Notes: generated by a model from the sequence alone, not told the origin. DNA of 64,000 bases from Glaucostegus cemiculus (GCA_976551045.1 CDPCPM010000005.1:2852001-2916000); one strand, 5' to 3'. Counted from the stretch's first letter, positions 48,632 through 58,325 are shown. Made by a program: numbers and translations.

Positions 48632-51600
48632 CTAACTCTTTCCACCCTCATATCCTACTATTCCACATTCTTCCATGTGCTTATCTAACAATCTCTTAAA
48701 CCTGTCCAACGTATCTACCTCCACTACCACCCCAGGCAGTGCATTCCATGCACCAACCACTCTCTGGGTGAAAAACTTCCCTCTGACGTCTCCCCTATAC
48801 TTTTCACCTATTATCTTAAAGGCATGCCCTCTCGTCTTGAGCATCTGCGCTCTGGGAAAGAGGCGCTGACTATTAACTCTATCTATTCCTCTCAATATCT
48901 TAAACACCTCTATCAAGTCCCCTCTCATCCTCCTCCTCTCTAATGAGTAGAGCCCTAACACCTTAAGCCTCTCTTTATATTCCATACCCTCCAATCCAGG
49001 CATCATCCTGGTAAAACGCCTCTGCACCCTCTCCAACGCCTCCACATCCTTCCTATAATGCGGCGACCAAAACTGAACACAATATTCCAAGTGCGGCCTA
49101 ACTAGAGTTTTGTAAAGCAGCATCATCACCTCTCTGCTCTTGAACTCAATCCCTTTATTTATAAAAGCCAACATCCCATAAGCCTTCTTAACAGCCCTAT
49201 CCACCTGCGAGGCAACTTTGAGCGAACTGTGGATATGAACCCCCAGATCCCTCTGCTCCTCTACACTGCCAAGAACCTTACCATTTACCTTATACTCTGT
49301 CCTGGAGTTTGTCCTCCCAAAGTGCACCACCTCACACTTCTCCGGATTAAACTCCATCTGCCACCTATCAGCCCATTTCTGCATCCTATCAATATCCCCC
49401 TGTAAGCTCCTACAGTCCTCCACACTATCTACCACACCACCGATCTTGGTGTCATCTGCAAACTTACCAACCCATCCCTCCACTCCTTCATCCAAATCAT
49501 CTATGAATATAACAAAGAGTAGAGGCCCCAGAACCGATCCCTGCGGGACTCCACTAGTCACAGCCCTCCAATCCGAGGGCACTCCCTCCACCATAACCCT
49601 CTGCCTTCTACAGGAAAGCCAATTTCTTATCCACACAGCCAACCTCCCCTGGATACCTCGACCTCTGACCTTCTGAAGAAGCCTGCCATGAGGAACCTTA
49701 TCGAACGCCTTACTAAAATCCATATACACTACATCCACCGCCCTGCCCTCATCAAGCTTCCTCGTCACCTCCTCAAAGAACTCTATCAGGCTCGTGAGGC
49801 AAGATCTTCCCTTCACAAAGCCATGCTGACTGTCCCTAATCAGTCCATGACTCTCCAAGTGCTCATAGATCCTGTCCCTCAAAATCCTTTCCAACAGCTT
49901 ACCTACCACAGACGTGAGGCTCACCGGTCTGTAATTTCCCGGACTATCTCTACTGCCCTTCTTAAACAAGGGAACAATATCCGCTACTCGCCAATCCTCC
50001 GGCACCATCCCCGTGGACAACGAGGACTCAAAGATCCTCACCAGCGGATCAACAATCTCCTCCCTCGCCTCCCGAAGCAGCCTGGGGAATATTCCATCGG
50101 GCCCCGGAGACTTATCAGTCTTGATACTACTTAACAATTTCATCACCTCCTCCCTCTCTATAGCTACATACTCAAGAATATTACCCTTGTCAGCACTCAC
50201 TGTCACATCATCAAGGCCCCTCTCCTTGGTGAATACAGAGGAGAAGTATTCATTAAGTACCTCCCCTACCTCTGCCGCCTCCAGGCACATCCTCCCACCT
50301 TTGTCCTTAATAGGCCCTACCTTTACCCTAGTCATCCTTCTGCCCTTCACATAAGAGAAAAAAGCCTTGGGATTTTCCTTAACCCTACGAGCCAACATCT
50401 TTTCATGTCCCCTTCTAGCTCTCCTCAGCTCTTTCTTAAGTTCCCTTCTCACTATACTATACTCCTCACGGGCCACATCAGAGCCTTGCCGCTTACACCT
50501 TACGTAAGCCTCCTTCTTCCTCCTAACCAGTCTTTCTACCTCTCTTGTCACCCACGGTTCCTTCACTATTCCATTCTTCCTCCGTCTTGCCGGAACATAT
50601 CTGTCCCCAACATCCTGTAAAACATCCCTGAACAACGTCCACATCTCTACAGTACACATCCCCTCAAAAAGGACTTCCCAATTTACACTCCCAAGCTCTT
50701 TCCTTATAGCCTCATAGTCTGCCCTACCCCAATTGAATATCTTCCTACGCTCCCTGCACTTATGCCTGTCCATGACAATTCTAAAGCTTATCGAGGAATG
50801 ATCACTGTCTCCCAGAGGCTCACCCACTAGTAGATCTCTCACCTGTCCCGGTTCATTTCCTAAGACCAGATCCAACACAGCATTCCCTCTAGTCGGTTTG
50901 TCAACATACTGCTCCAGAAATCCATCCTGGACACACTTAACAAACTCATTCCCATCCAAACCTCTGGCACTGAGCATGTCCCAGTCTATATTCGGGAAGT
51001 TGAAATCACCCATTATTACAACCCTATTATCTTTGCTTCTGTCCAAGCACTGCCTGCCAATCTGCTCCTCTATATCCCTACTGCTACCTGGGGGCCTATA
51101 GTATACTCCCAGCAGCGTAACCACACTTTTCCTATTCCTCACTTCCACCCACACCGACTCGAAAGAGGATCCTTCCGCAAACTCAGCCCTTTCCGCAGCC
51201 GTAACATCATCTCTGACCAATATCGCCACCCCTCCTCCTCTTCTCCCCCCCTCCCTATCCTTTTTAAAACACTGAAAACCAGGAATGTTCAATACCCACT
51301 CCTGCCCTGACGACAGCCACGTCTCAGTTATGGCTACAATATCATAATCCCCCATACCTATCCAAGCCCTCAATTCATCACCCTTATTCCTAACACTTCT
51401 CGCATTAAAGTAAACACACTTTAACCCATCCAATTTAACCCTTTTATAGCCCTCATCCTGCCTCTCTCTCCCCAAAGCCTCATCACCTGCTCGATGCAAC
51501 TCATCTCCATCTTCAGTACACGTCGACGTGATCCTGCATACCTCCTCCTTTAAGCCATGTTGGTTTCCCTTGCCTTGCCTGTCTAGTTTATCCACCTTTT

Positions 51601-51733
51601 TACTATTACTGCCTGTACACTGCTTCTCCTTCCTCAAAGCAACTCCATTTGTCAGATCTGCCTTTTCTGTAATCCCTACATCCTCTGACCAGCCCTCCTG
51701 GTTCCCAACCCCCATCTCAACTAGTTTAAACAC
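48632..51733 (-). CDS. CR1 ORF2: apurinic endonuclease + reverse transcriptase
   Basis: 1033 open codons. APE motifs YFNARS, ITETW, YRPP, GDFN, LDLV, SDH; RT motifs PGPDG, NYRPVSL, QHGF, DFSKAFD, GVPQGSVLGP, FADD. First in-frame ATG at 51715. Confidence 0.97.
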   Translation of the reverse strand: MFKLVEMGVGNQEGWSEDVGITEKADLTNGVALRKEKQCTGSNSKKVDKLDRQGKGNQHGLKEEVCRITSTCTEDGDELHRAGDEALGRERQDEGYKRVKLDGLKCVYFNARSVRNKGDELRAWIGMGDYDIVAITETWLSSGQEWVLNIPGFQCFKKDREGGRRGGGVAILVRDDVTAAERAEFAEGSSFESVWVEVRNRKSVVTLLGVYYRPPGSSRDIEEQIGRQCLDRSKDNRVVIMGDFNFPNIDWDMLSARGLDGNEFVKCVQDGFLEQYVDKPTRGNAVLDLVLGNEPGQVRDLLVGEPLGDSDHSSISFRIVMDRHKCRERRKIFNWGRADYEAIRKELGSVNWEVLFEGMCTVEMWTLFRDVLQDVGDRYVPARRRKNGIVKEPWVTREVERLVRRKKEAYVRCKRQGSDVAREEYSIVRRELKKELRRARRGHEKMLARRVKENPKAFFSYVKGRRMTRVKVGPIKDKGGRMCLEAAEVGEVLNEYFSSVFTKERGLDDVTVSADKGNILEYVAIEREEVMKLLSSIKTDKSPGPDGIFPRLLREAREEIVDPLVRIFESSLSTGMVPEDWRVADIVPLFKKGSRDSPGNYRPVSLTSVVGKLLERILRDRIYEHLESHGLIRDSQHGFVKGRSCLTSLIEFFEEVTRKLDEGRAVDVVYMDFSKAFDKVPHGRLLQKVRGRGIQGRLAVWIRNWLSCRRQRVMVEGVPSDWRAVTSGVPQGSVLGPLLFVIFIDDLDEGVEGWVGKFADDTKIGGVVDSVEDCRSLQGDIDRMQKWADRWQMEFNPEKCEVVHFGRTNSRTEYKVNGKVLGSVEEQRDLGVHIHSSLKVASQVDRAVKKAYGMLAFINKGIEFKSREVMMLLYKTLVRPHLEYCVQFWSPHYRKDVEALERVQRRFTRMMPGLEGMEYKERLKVLGLYSLERRRMRGDLIEVFKILRGIDRVNSQRLFPRAQMLKTRGHAFKIIGEKYRGDVRGKFFTQRVVGAWNALPGVVVEVDTLDRFKRLLDKHMEECGIVGYEGGKS

Positions 51734-52380
51734 TCATCAACCACCCAAGCATAACGTGTTGCCAGGATATTTGCCCCCCACCGGTTGGGGTGTAACCTGT
51801 CCTCTCTGTACAGGTTCCACCTTCCCCAGAATAGATCCCAATTATCCAAAAATCTAAATCCCTCTGCCCTGCACCACTCTCTCAGCCACGTATTTAACTG
51901 CCTCCTCTCCCTGTTCCTAACTTCCCTATCACGTGGCACCGGGAGTAATCCAGAGATTACTACCCTTGAGGTCCTGGTCTTCAGCTTTCTGCCTAGCTCC
52001 CTGAACTCCCCTTGCAGGACCTCATCCCTCTTTCTACCTATGTCGTTGGTACCAACATGAACCACGACTACTGGCTGCTCTCCCTCCCGATTGAGAATCC
52101 GGGGAACCCGATCAGTAATATCCTGGACCCTGGCACCAGGGAGGCAACATACCATCCGGTATTCATGATCACTTCCACAGAATCTCCTATCTGTTTCCCT
52201 GACTATCGAGTCCCCTATCACCACTACATTACTCTTCACCTTCTTCCCCATCTGAGCAGTAGTACTGGTCATGGTGCCAGTGACCTGGGTACTTGTGCTT
52301 GGTCCCTGCAGGCTATCCCCCTCCACAGTTTCCAAAGTTGAAAACCTGTTACTGAGGGGAACAGCCCCCAGGGTGCCCTG
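51721..52380 (-). CDS. CR1 ORF1 C-terminal part, SGNH/GDSL esterase domain (5'-truncated)
   Basis: PLSNRF, VIGDSIVR, PGARV, HVGTND and DRLHPN blocks; frame stays open to the truncation point; ends ...ECLN*. Confidence 0.93.
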   Translation of the reverse strand, partial: QGTLGAVPLSNRFSTLETVEGDSLQGPSTSTQVTGTMTSTTAQMGKKVKSNVVVIGDSIVRETDRRFCGSDHEYRMVCCLPGARVQDITDRVPRILNREGEQPVVVVHVGTNDIGRKRDEVLQGEFRELGRKLKTRTSRVVISGLLPVPRDREVRNRERRQLNTWLREWCRAEGFRFLDNWDLFWGRWNLYREDRLHPNRWGANILATRYAWVVDECLN

Positions 52381-52381
52381 C

Positions 52382-52578
52382 TCTACCTTGCGCGACCTTG
52401 CACCTTATTGCACTGCACTTTCTCTGTAGCTGTGACACTTTATTCTGTACTGTTACTGTTTTCACTGTACTATTTCAATGGCACTGTGTAATGAATTGAC
52501 CTGTATGATCGGTTTGTAAGACAAGTTTTTCACTGTACCTCGGTACAAGTGACAATAATAAACCAATACCAATACCAT
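52382..52578 (+). mobile_element. Rex1/Babar 3' UTR; its 5' piece lies at 48525-48542, split by CR1 element A
   Basis: Joining GACCTCACATTCTACCTT to GCGCGACCTTGCACCTTATTG matches the intact copy at 46110-46340. Confidence 0.85.
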
Positions 52579-52579
52579 A

Positions 52580-52800
52580 TCAAAGTGCAGCTTCTGCCTC
52601 ACATCTCTAGTGAACCAGATTCAATCCTGACCTCTGGTGCTGATTGCATGGAGTCTGCACATTCTCTTTCTGACCACATGGGTTTCTTCTGGGTGCTCTG
52701 GTTTCTTCCCACATCCCTCAGATATACTGGTAAGGTAATTGGTTACTGTGAATTACTCCTTAGTGTAGGTTAATGGCAAAGTGGAGTTGATGGGTATGTG
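52580..52800 (+). mobile_element. Older V-type SINE
   Basis: GATTCAATCCTGACC...GGGTTTCTTCTGGGTGCTCTGGTTTCTTCCCACATCCC. Confidence 0.75.
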
Positions 52801-52809
52801 TGACTCAGG

Positions 52810-53145
52810 GAGTAATACAGCCTGGAAGTAGGCCCTTCAGCCCAACTCATCCATGCTGACCAAGATGCCCATCTAAGCTAGTCCCTTTTTCCCGTGTTTA
52901 GCCCCTATCCCTCTAAACTTTTCCTATCCATGTATCTGTCCGTGTCTTTTCAACATTGTTGTTGTACCTGTCTCAACCACTTCATTTGGCAGCTCATTCC
53001 ATATACGTACCACCCTCTGCGTGAAGAAGTTGCCCCTTTTAAATATTTCCCCTCCCACCTTAAACTCACGCCCTCTAGTTGTTGACTCCCTTTCCCTAGG
53101 AAAAAGACTGTGTGCATTCACATTATCCCTGCCCCTCATAACTTT
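52810..53145 (-). mobile_element. CR1 3' fragment
   Basis: LFPRERESTTRGREFKV..NFFTQRVVRIWNELP. Confidence 0.85.
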
Positions 53146-53280
53146 CATGAGAGAGAATAAAATTATGGCAAGGTCCTAATGCATCATTATTAGATAAGAT
53201 AGGAGGAGTACTTGATGGTTGGCAGGGTCACAATGGGCCGAAGGACCTTTATCTGTGCTGTATTACTCTATGAATCCTGA

Positions 53281-53583
53281 AGGGTCCTGAAGGAAGAATA
53301 CAGAGAGTTAGGAAGAAAGTTGAGGAGAAGGACCCCTAAGGTGGTAATCTCAGGATTGCTGCCTGTGCCACGCGCAAGCAGTAGCAGGAACAGAAAGATT
53401 TGGCAAATAAACGCGTGGCTTAGTGACTGGTGCAGGGGGCAGGGCTTCAGATTCCTGGACCATTGGGACCTTTTTTGGGGGAGGGACGACCTATACTGCA
53501 AGGATGGGTTACACCTCAACTCAAAAGGGTCCAGAGTCCTGGCGGGATTATTTAACATAGCTGTTGGGGAAGGTTTAAACTAA
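53281..53583 (+). CDS. CR1 ORF1 C-terminal esterase fragment
   Basis: VVISGLLPVPR, NAWLSDWC, FLDHWDLFWGR, DGLHLN; homologous to element A ORF1; ends ...EGLN*. Confidence 0.92.
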   Translation, partial: RVLKEEYRELGRKLRRRTPKVVISGLLPVPRASSSRNRKIWQINAWLSDWCRGQGFRFLDHWDLFWGRDDLYCKDGLHLNSKGSRVLAGLFNIAVGEGLN

Positions 53584-56500
53584 TCAAGCAGGGGGATGGG
53601 ACCCAGAATATTAGGGTAAAAGTAGATAGAGGAAGGCAAGAGTTAAATAAAAATAGGTCAAAGTTAGTGCGTGATCAGGATGGCAAGACGGACAGGCAGG
53701 TAATTAATCAAGGTAACATGCTGAATGACAATAGTACAGTAAATGAGGATGTTAGGTCACAGAATGTTAGACGAGAGGTGGAGGCAGATAAAAAGAAGTC
53801 CATGACAGTGAGCAGTCAGGATCGAAAGAAGGGCGAGGAAATGGAAATTAAGGATAAGTTGCTCAAGAAAGGAAGCGCAGCAAAATCAACAGTGGTTAAT
53901 GAGCTAAAGGTATTATACTTAAATGCACGTAGCATCAGGAACAAGGCAGATGAACTAGCAGCACAGCTGCAGATTAATAAATATGACATTGTGGCAATTA
54001 CTGAGTCGTGGCTGCATGATGGATGTGACTGGGAGCTCAATGTCCAGGGGTACACAGTGTATAGGAAGGATAGGCGGGAAGGTAGAGGGGGTGGTGTGGC
54101 CATGATGGTTAGTAATGAGATAAAATCAATAGAAAGGAAGGATATTAGGTCAGATGAAGTGGAAACTTTATGGGTGGAGCTAAGGAATAGCAAGAGTAAG
54201 AGGACAGTTGTAGCTGTTGTATATAGGCCCCCTAATAGCAATCAGGAGGTAGACCATAAGTTGCGGTTAGAGATAGAAAAGGCATGTCAGAGTGACAATA
54301 TCAAAATAATTATGGGTGACTTTAACATGAAGGTGGACTGGGAAACCCAGCAAGGCAGCAGTTCTCAGGAGAGCGAGTTTGTTGAATGTTTACGGGATGG
54401 CTTTTTGGAACAACTTGTTGATGAGCCCACCAGGGGATCGGCTGTTTTGGATTGGGTGTTGTGTAATGAACCGGAGGTGATTAGAGAACTAAGGGTAAAG
54501 GAACCATTAGGAACTAGTGACCATAATATGATTGAGTTCAGAATGAAATTTGAAAAGGAGAAGCTGATGACTGGAGTGTCGACATTTCAGTGGAACAAGG
54601 GGAATTACAGAAGGATGAGAGAAGAGTTGGCCCAGATTGATTGGGAATATAAGCTCGCTGGAGGGACGGCCGAACATAAATGGGTGGAATTTAAGCAAGT
54701 AATAAAGAAAATGCAGGACAGACACATTCCAAGAAAAAAGAAGGTTTTAAATGGAAAAAGGGCACAAATGTGGATAACGAGAGAGGTGAAAGCTAAAATA
54801 AGAGCAAAAGGGAGGGCATATAAGGTAGCAAGAAAAAGCGGAAAAACAGAAGACTGGGAAACTTTTAAGAACCTACAGAAAGAAACTAAGAAGGTCATTA
54901 GAAAAGAAAAGAGAAATTACGAAATGAAATTGGCAGAAAATATTCAAAAGGATACTAAGAGTTTTTTTAAATATATAAGAAGCAAAAGAGAGACGCGGGT
55001 TGATATAGGACCGATAGAAAATGAGGTGGGAGAGATTATTATGGGTGATAAAGAGATGGCGGAGGAGCTAAATCAGTATTTTGCGTCGGTCTTCACGGTA
55101 GAAGATATTAACAATATACCGGTTAGTCAAGGGTCTCGAGGGACGGAATTAAAGACAGTTAAGGTTACGAGAGAGAAAGTGTTGGGGAAGCTAAATGGGT
55201 TAAAGACTGATAAGTCTCCGGGACCGGATGAGATACATCCCCGTGTACTGAAGGAAGTAGCTCTAGAAATAGTGGAGGCATTAGTGATAATTTTTCAGGA
55301 ATCGATAGACGCTGGAGAGGTGCCGGAGGACTGGAGGGTCGCGAATGTAGTTCCATTGTATAAGAAAGGTGGGAGACAGCACAGAGGAAATTACAGACCT
55401 ATCAGTCTTACATCTGTGGTGGGGAAGATACTAGAATCGATCCTCAAGGATGAGGTGATGGGATACATGGAGGTGCAAGGCAAGATAGGTCCTAGTCAAC
55501 ATGGATTCGTGAAGGGAAGATCCTGCCTGACCAATTTATTGGAGTTTTTTGAAGAAATCTCAGGCAGGGTGGACAAGGGAGAGGCCGTAGATGTAGTGTA
55601 TTTAGACTTTCAGAAGGCATTCGACAAGGTGCCGCACAAAAGACTAATTAGTAAGATGAGAGATCACGGAATAACGGGCAGGATAACAGAATGGGTGGAG
55701 AGTTGGCTGGATGGCAGGAAACAGAGGGTGGGAATAAAAGGATCGTGTTCTGGTTGGCTGCCGGTTACTAGTGGTGTTCCGCAGGGGTCGGTGTTGGGGC
55801 CCCTTCTTTTTACCTTATATATTAATGATTTAGACGAAGGAGTCAATGGGTTTGTGGCCAAGTTTGCAGATGACACTAAGATTGGGGGAGGAGTGGAGAG
55901 TATTGAGGAGACAGGAAAGTTACAGAGAGACTTGGATATTCTAGGAGAATGGGCGAAGAAATGGCAGATGAGGTTCAACGTGGAAAAATGTGCAGTTGTA
56001 CACTTCGGAAGTAGAAATGGAAGGGCAGACTATTATCTAGAAGGAGATAAAATTGGAAGCACAGAAGTACAAAGGGACTTAGGGGTGCTCGTACAGGATA
56101 ACCTAAAGGTTAACCGCCAGGTTGGATCGGCAGTAAGGAAAGCGAATGCTATGTTGGCATTTATTTCGAGGGGTATAGTATATAAAAGCAAGGAAGTGTT
56201 GATGAGGCTATATGGGGCACTGGTGAGGCCTCACTTGGAGTACTGTGTGCAGTTTTGGGCCCCATACCTTAGGAAGGATGTGCTGATGTTGGAGAGGGTT
56301 CAGAGGAGATTTACTAGGATGATTCCTGGGATGAAAAAGTTTACATATGACGAGCGACTGTCGTCACTTGGACTGTACTCGTTGGAGTACAGAAGAATGA
56401 GAGGGGACCTAATAGAAACGTACAGGATGTTGAAAGGAATGGACCAAGTGAATGTGGTCAAGCTGTTTCCCTTGGTGGGGGAATCCAGGACTAGAGGACA

Positions 56501-56702
56501 CAAACTTAGAATTAGAAGAAGCAGGTTCATAACAGAGATAAGGAGGAATTTCTTTAGCCAGAGGGTGGTGAACCTGTGGAACTCCTTACCACAGAGAGCA
56601 GTGGAAGCCAGATCATTGGGGATATTCAAGAAGGAAATAGATAGATATCTAATTGGTCAAGGTATCAGGGGATATGGAGATAAGGCAGGGATTTGGACTT
56701 AG
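53574..56702 (+). CDS. CR1 ORF2: apurinic endonuclease + reverse transcriptase
   Basis: Frame open from the ORF1 junction (FKLIKQGDG...; the ORF track starts at GTG 53667, first ATG 53718). Motifs LNARS, ITESW, YRPP, GDFN, SDH, PGPD, QHGF, DFQKAFD, GVPQGSVLGP, FADD. Confidence 0.97.
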   Translation, partial: FKLIKQGDGTQNIRVKVDRGRQELNKNRSKLVRDQDGKTDRQVINQGNMLNDNSTVNEDVRSQNVRREVEADKKKSMTVSSQDRKKGEEMEIKDKLLKKGSAAKSTVVNELKVLYLNARSIRNKADELAAQLQINKYDIVAITESWLHDGCDWELNVQGYTVYRKDRREGRGGGVAMMVSNEIKSIERKDIRSDEVETLWVELRNSKSKRTVVAVVYRPPNSNQEVDHKLRLEIEKACQSDNIKIIMGDFNMKVDWETQQGSSSQESEFVECLRDGFLEQLVDEPTRGSAVLDWVLCNEPEVIRELRVKEPLGTSDHNMIEFRMKFEKEKLMTGVSTFQWNKGNYRRMREELAQIDWEYKLAGGTAEHKWVEFKQVIKKMQDRHIPRKKKVLNGKRAQMWITREVKAKIRAKGRAYKVARKSGKTEDWETFKNLQKETKKVIRKEKRNYEMKLAENIQKDTKSFFKYIRSKRETRVDIGPIENEVGEIIMGDKEMAEELNQYFASVFTVEDINNIPVSQGSRGTELKTVKVTREKVLGKLNGLKTDKSPGPDEIHPRVLKEVALEIVEALVIIFQESIDAGEVPEDWRVANVVPLYKKGGRQHRGNYRPISLTSVVGKILESILKDEVMGYMEVQGKIGPSQHGFVKGRSCLTNLLEFFEEISGRVDKGEAVDVVYLDFQKAFDKVPHKRLISKMRDHGITGRITEWVESWLDGRKQRVGIKGSCSGWLPVTSGVPQGSVLGPLLFTLYINDLDEGVNGFVAKFADDTKIGGGVESIEETGKLQRDLDILGEWAKKWQMRFNVEKCAVVHFGSRNGRADYYLEGDKIGSTEVQRDLGVLVQDNLKVNRQVGSAVRKANAMLAFISRGIVYKSKEVLMRLYGALVRPHLEYCVQFWAPYLRKDVLMLERVQRRFTRMIPGMKKFTYDERLSSLGLYSLEYRRMRGDLIETYRMLKGMDQVNVVKLFPLVGESRTRGHKLRIRRSRFITEIRRNFFSQRVVNLWNSLPQRAVEARSLGIFKKEIDRYLIGQGIRGYGDKAGIWT

Positions 56703-57799
56703 AATAGTAGGTGGGTTTTTTTTTTTCCCCCCCCCCCCCCCCCACCTTCCCTTCCCTTTGGAGCAGACTCGATGGGCCGACTGGCCTGCTTCTGCTCCAT
56801 TATCTTGTGATCTTGTGATCTTGTGAATCTATAAGCAGTAGCACAGATGAGTTGGGCTGATTGGCCTCTTTCTGTGCCACCTAGACTATGTAATTTAATG
56901 CAATGTATTCATTCAAGAGCAGTATGATCTTACACATTTGAACATGCTCCCTCTTCTCTGTGGGACTGAGCGCCATTCAGTGCAAAACTGTATATGGATT
57001 CCTTTTCGTCATTCAGTGATTCTGAAGGAAATCTTTCTCGATATCCCTTGCAAAAAACAAGCAGTTCTCTGGCTGCTGGCAAGGCTGACAGAAGGGAGGA
57101 AACACATGTTTGCTACTGCACCAAGCCTCTTGAGAAAAGCATGACAACCCTTCAATCCTTTTCGTGTGCCCAAATCTTCCTTTTATCCAGTTTCTTCACA
57201 ACTCTTTCAAAAGGGATAATTTAACATATTTGATATCATAAAGCACTTATTCCCTCAGAATTGAAATGCAGCATTTGATTTAGAGAAGATAACACATGAT
57301 CGTGGATAAATTGACAAGTGTTAAGGCTACTGTCAATATAGTTCATCCATCAAGTGATTTCAAAAGCAGTAGGGTTGATAGCTGAACCACTTGGCAGAGA
57401 TTTAGCAATTGCACTGTAATGAACCTGATCATGTCTGTCCTTTCCTATCTTGACAGATGACAAGCTCTCCTGCAGAGCATGCGGTAGTATATATGAAACA
57501 GAACTGTCTAGCATTTAACCAGTGGATGGAACATGTGTTTAGCTGAAGGAAAACCACAACTCCAAATGTTAATTATTGGTATTTTTTATTTATTTCATTC
57601 TTCAATTATTGTGTCAGTCCCAAGATGGAAATTGTTTTGTTAAAATGAAGCATGGTGGTTAATGCTTCGGAATAAAAATGAGTTATTTTTCATCCTCTAA
57701 TACAAATGGAATGCATAATGCCATGATAAAAACAAATGGTAAACACACTGCCATTATATACTGAAACAATGTTGATGACCAAAGCTGATCCTACAATTG

Positions 57800-58325
57800 C
57801 AACTTGTGCAGATCCCTTAAGGTTGCCAGTGTCCCCGGTACTTCACAGGGTTGTAACCAAGCACAAATATGACGCCAAGTCTTGTAAAGCAATATTAAGG
57901 CAAGTGGCCAAAAGCTGGGTGGTTTTAAAATGTCTCTTAAAGGAGCATAGAAATAGGGAGAGGCTGAAGAGACTCAGAGAGGGAACTCCAAAGTTGAGAG
58001 TCTTTCACTTAAAGGCACAGTCAACAATGGTGGTGTAACTAAGTTCGGGGTGTTCAAAAGACCAGAACTGGAGGAGTACCTGCGTCTTGGAGAGTTTTCA
58101 GACTGGAGGAGATAATCGAAATGTGAAGGAATTTGAAAGCAAGGATAAATATTTTAAAACTGAGGTATTGTAGGTCTACGAGTCAGGCGGTGTACGTGGG
58201 TAGGACTTGGTGCCAGCAGAATTTCGGATGACCATAAATTTGTGAAGACTGAGATGATGGAAACTAGCCAGATTGCTTTGGAATAATCAAGTCAAAAGAT
58301 AACAATGGCATGGAGGAGGTAACTA
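57800..58325 (-). mobile_element. Old L2-type fragment
   Basis: GGTGGTTTTAAAATGTCTCTTAAAGGAG..GAGGGAACTCCA..AGGCACAGTCAACAATGGTGG; similar relics at ~14220-14520, ~19900-20060, ~23005-23240 and ~60740-61200. Confidence 0.65.

Larger units (their letters stand above)
48543..52381 (-). mobile_element. Young CR1-clade LINE, 5'-truncated within ORF1, ORF2 intact (element A)
   Basis: ORF1 esterase plus APE-RT ORF2; 3' stem-loop GGCACAG..GGGCCGAAGGGCCT..CTGTGCT and (TTCTATTG)n tail on the minus strand; TSD TCTACCTT at 48535-48542 and 52382-52389. Confidence 0.97.
53277..56826 (+). mobile_element. Young CR1-clade LINE of a second subfamily, 5'-truncated within ORF1, ORF2 intact (element B)
   Basis: ORF1 C-terminus plus APE-RT ORF2; 3' stem GGAGCAGA..GGCCGACTGGCC..TCTGCTCC, tail (TCTTGTGA)3; TSD TGAATC at 53271-53276 and 56824-56829 (overlaps the tail). 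Confidence 0.97.

Noticed and set aside
48675-56629. Antisense ORFs overlapping the CR1 ORFs
   Set aside because: Shadow ORFs expected opposite long coding frames; no independent motifs.
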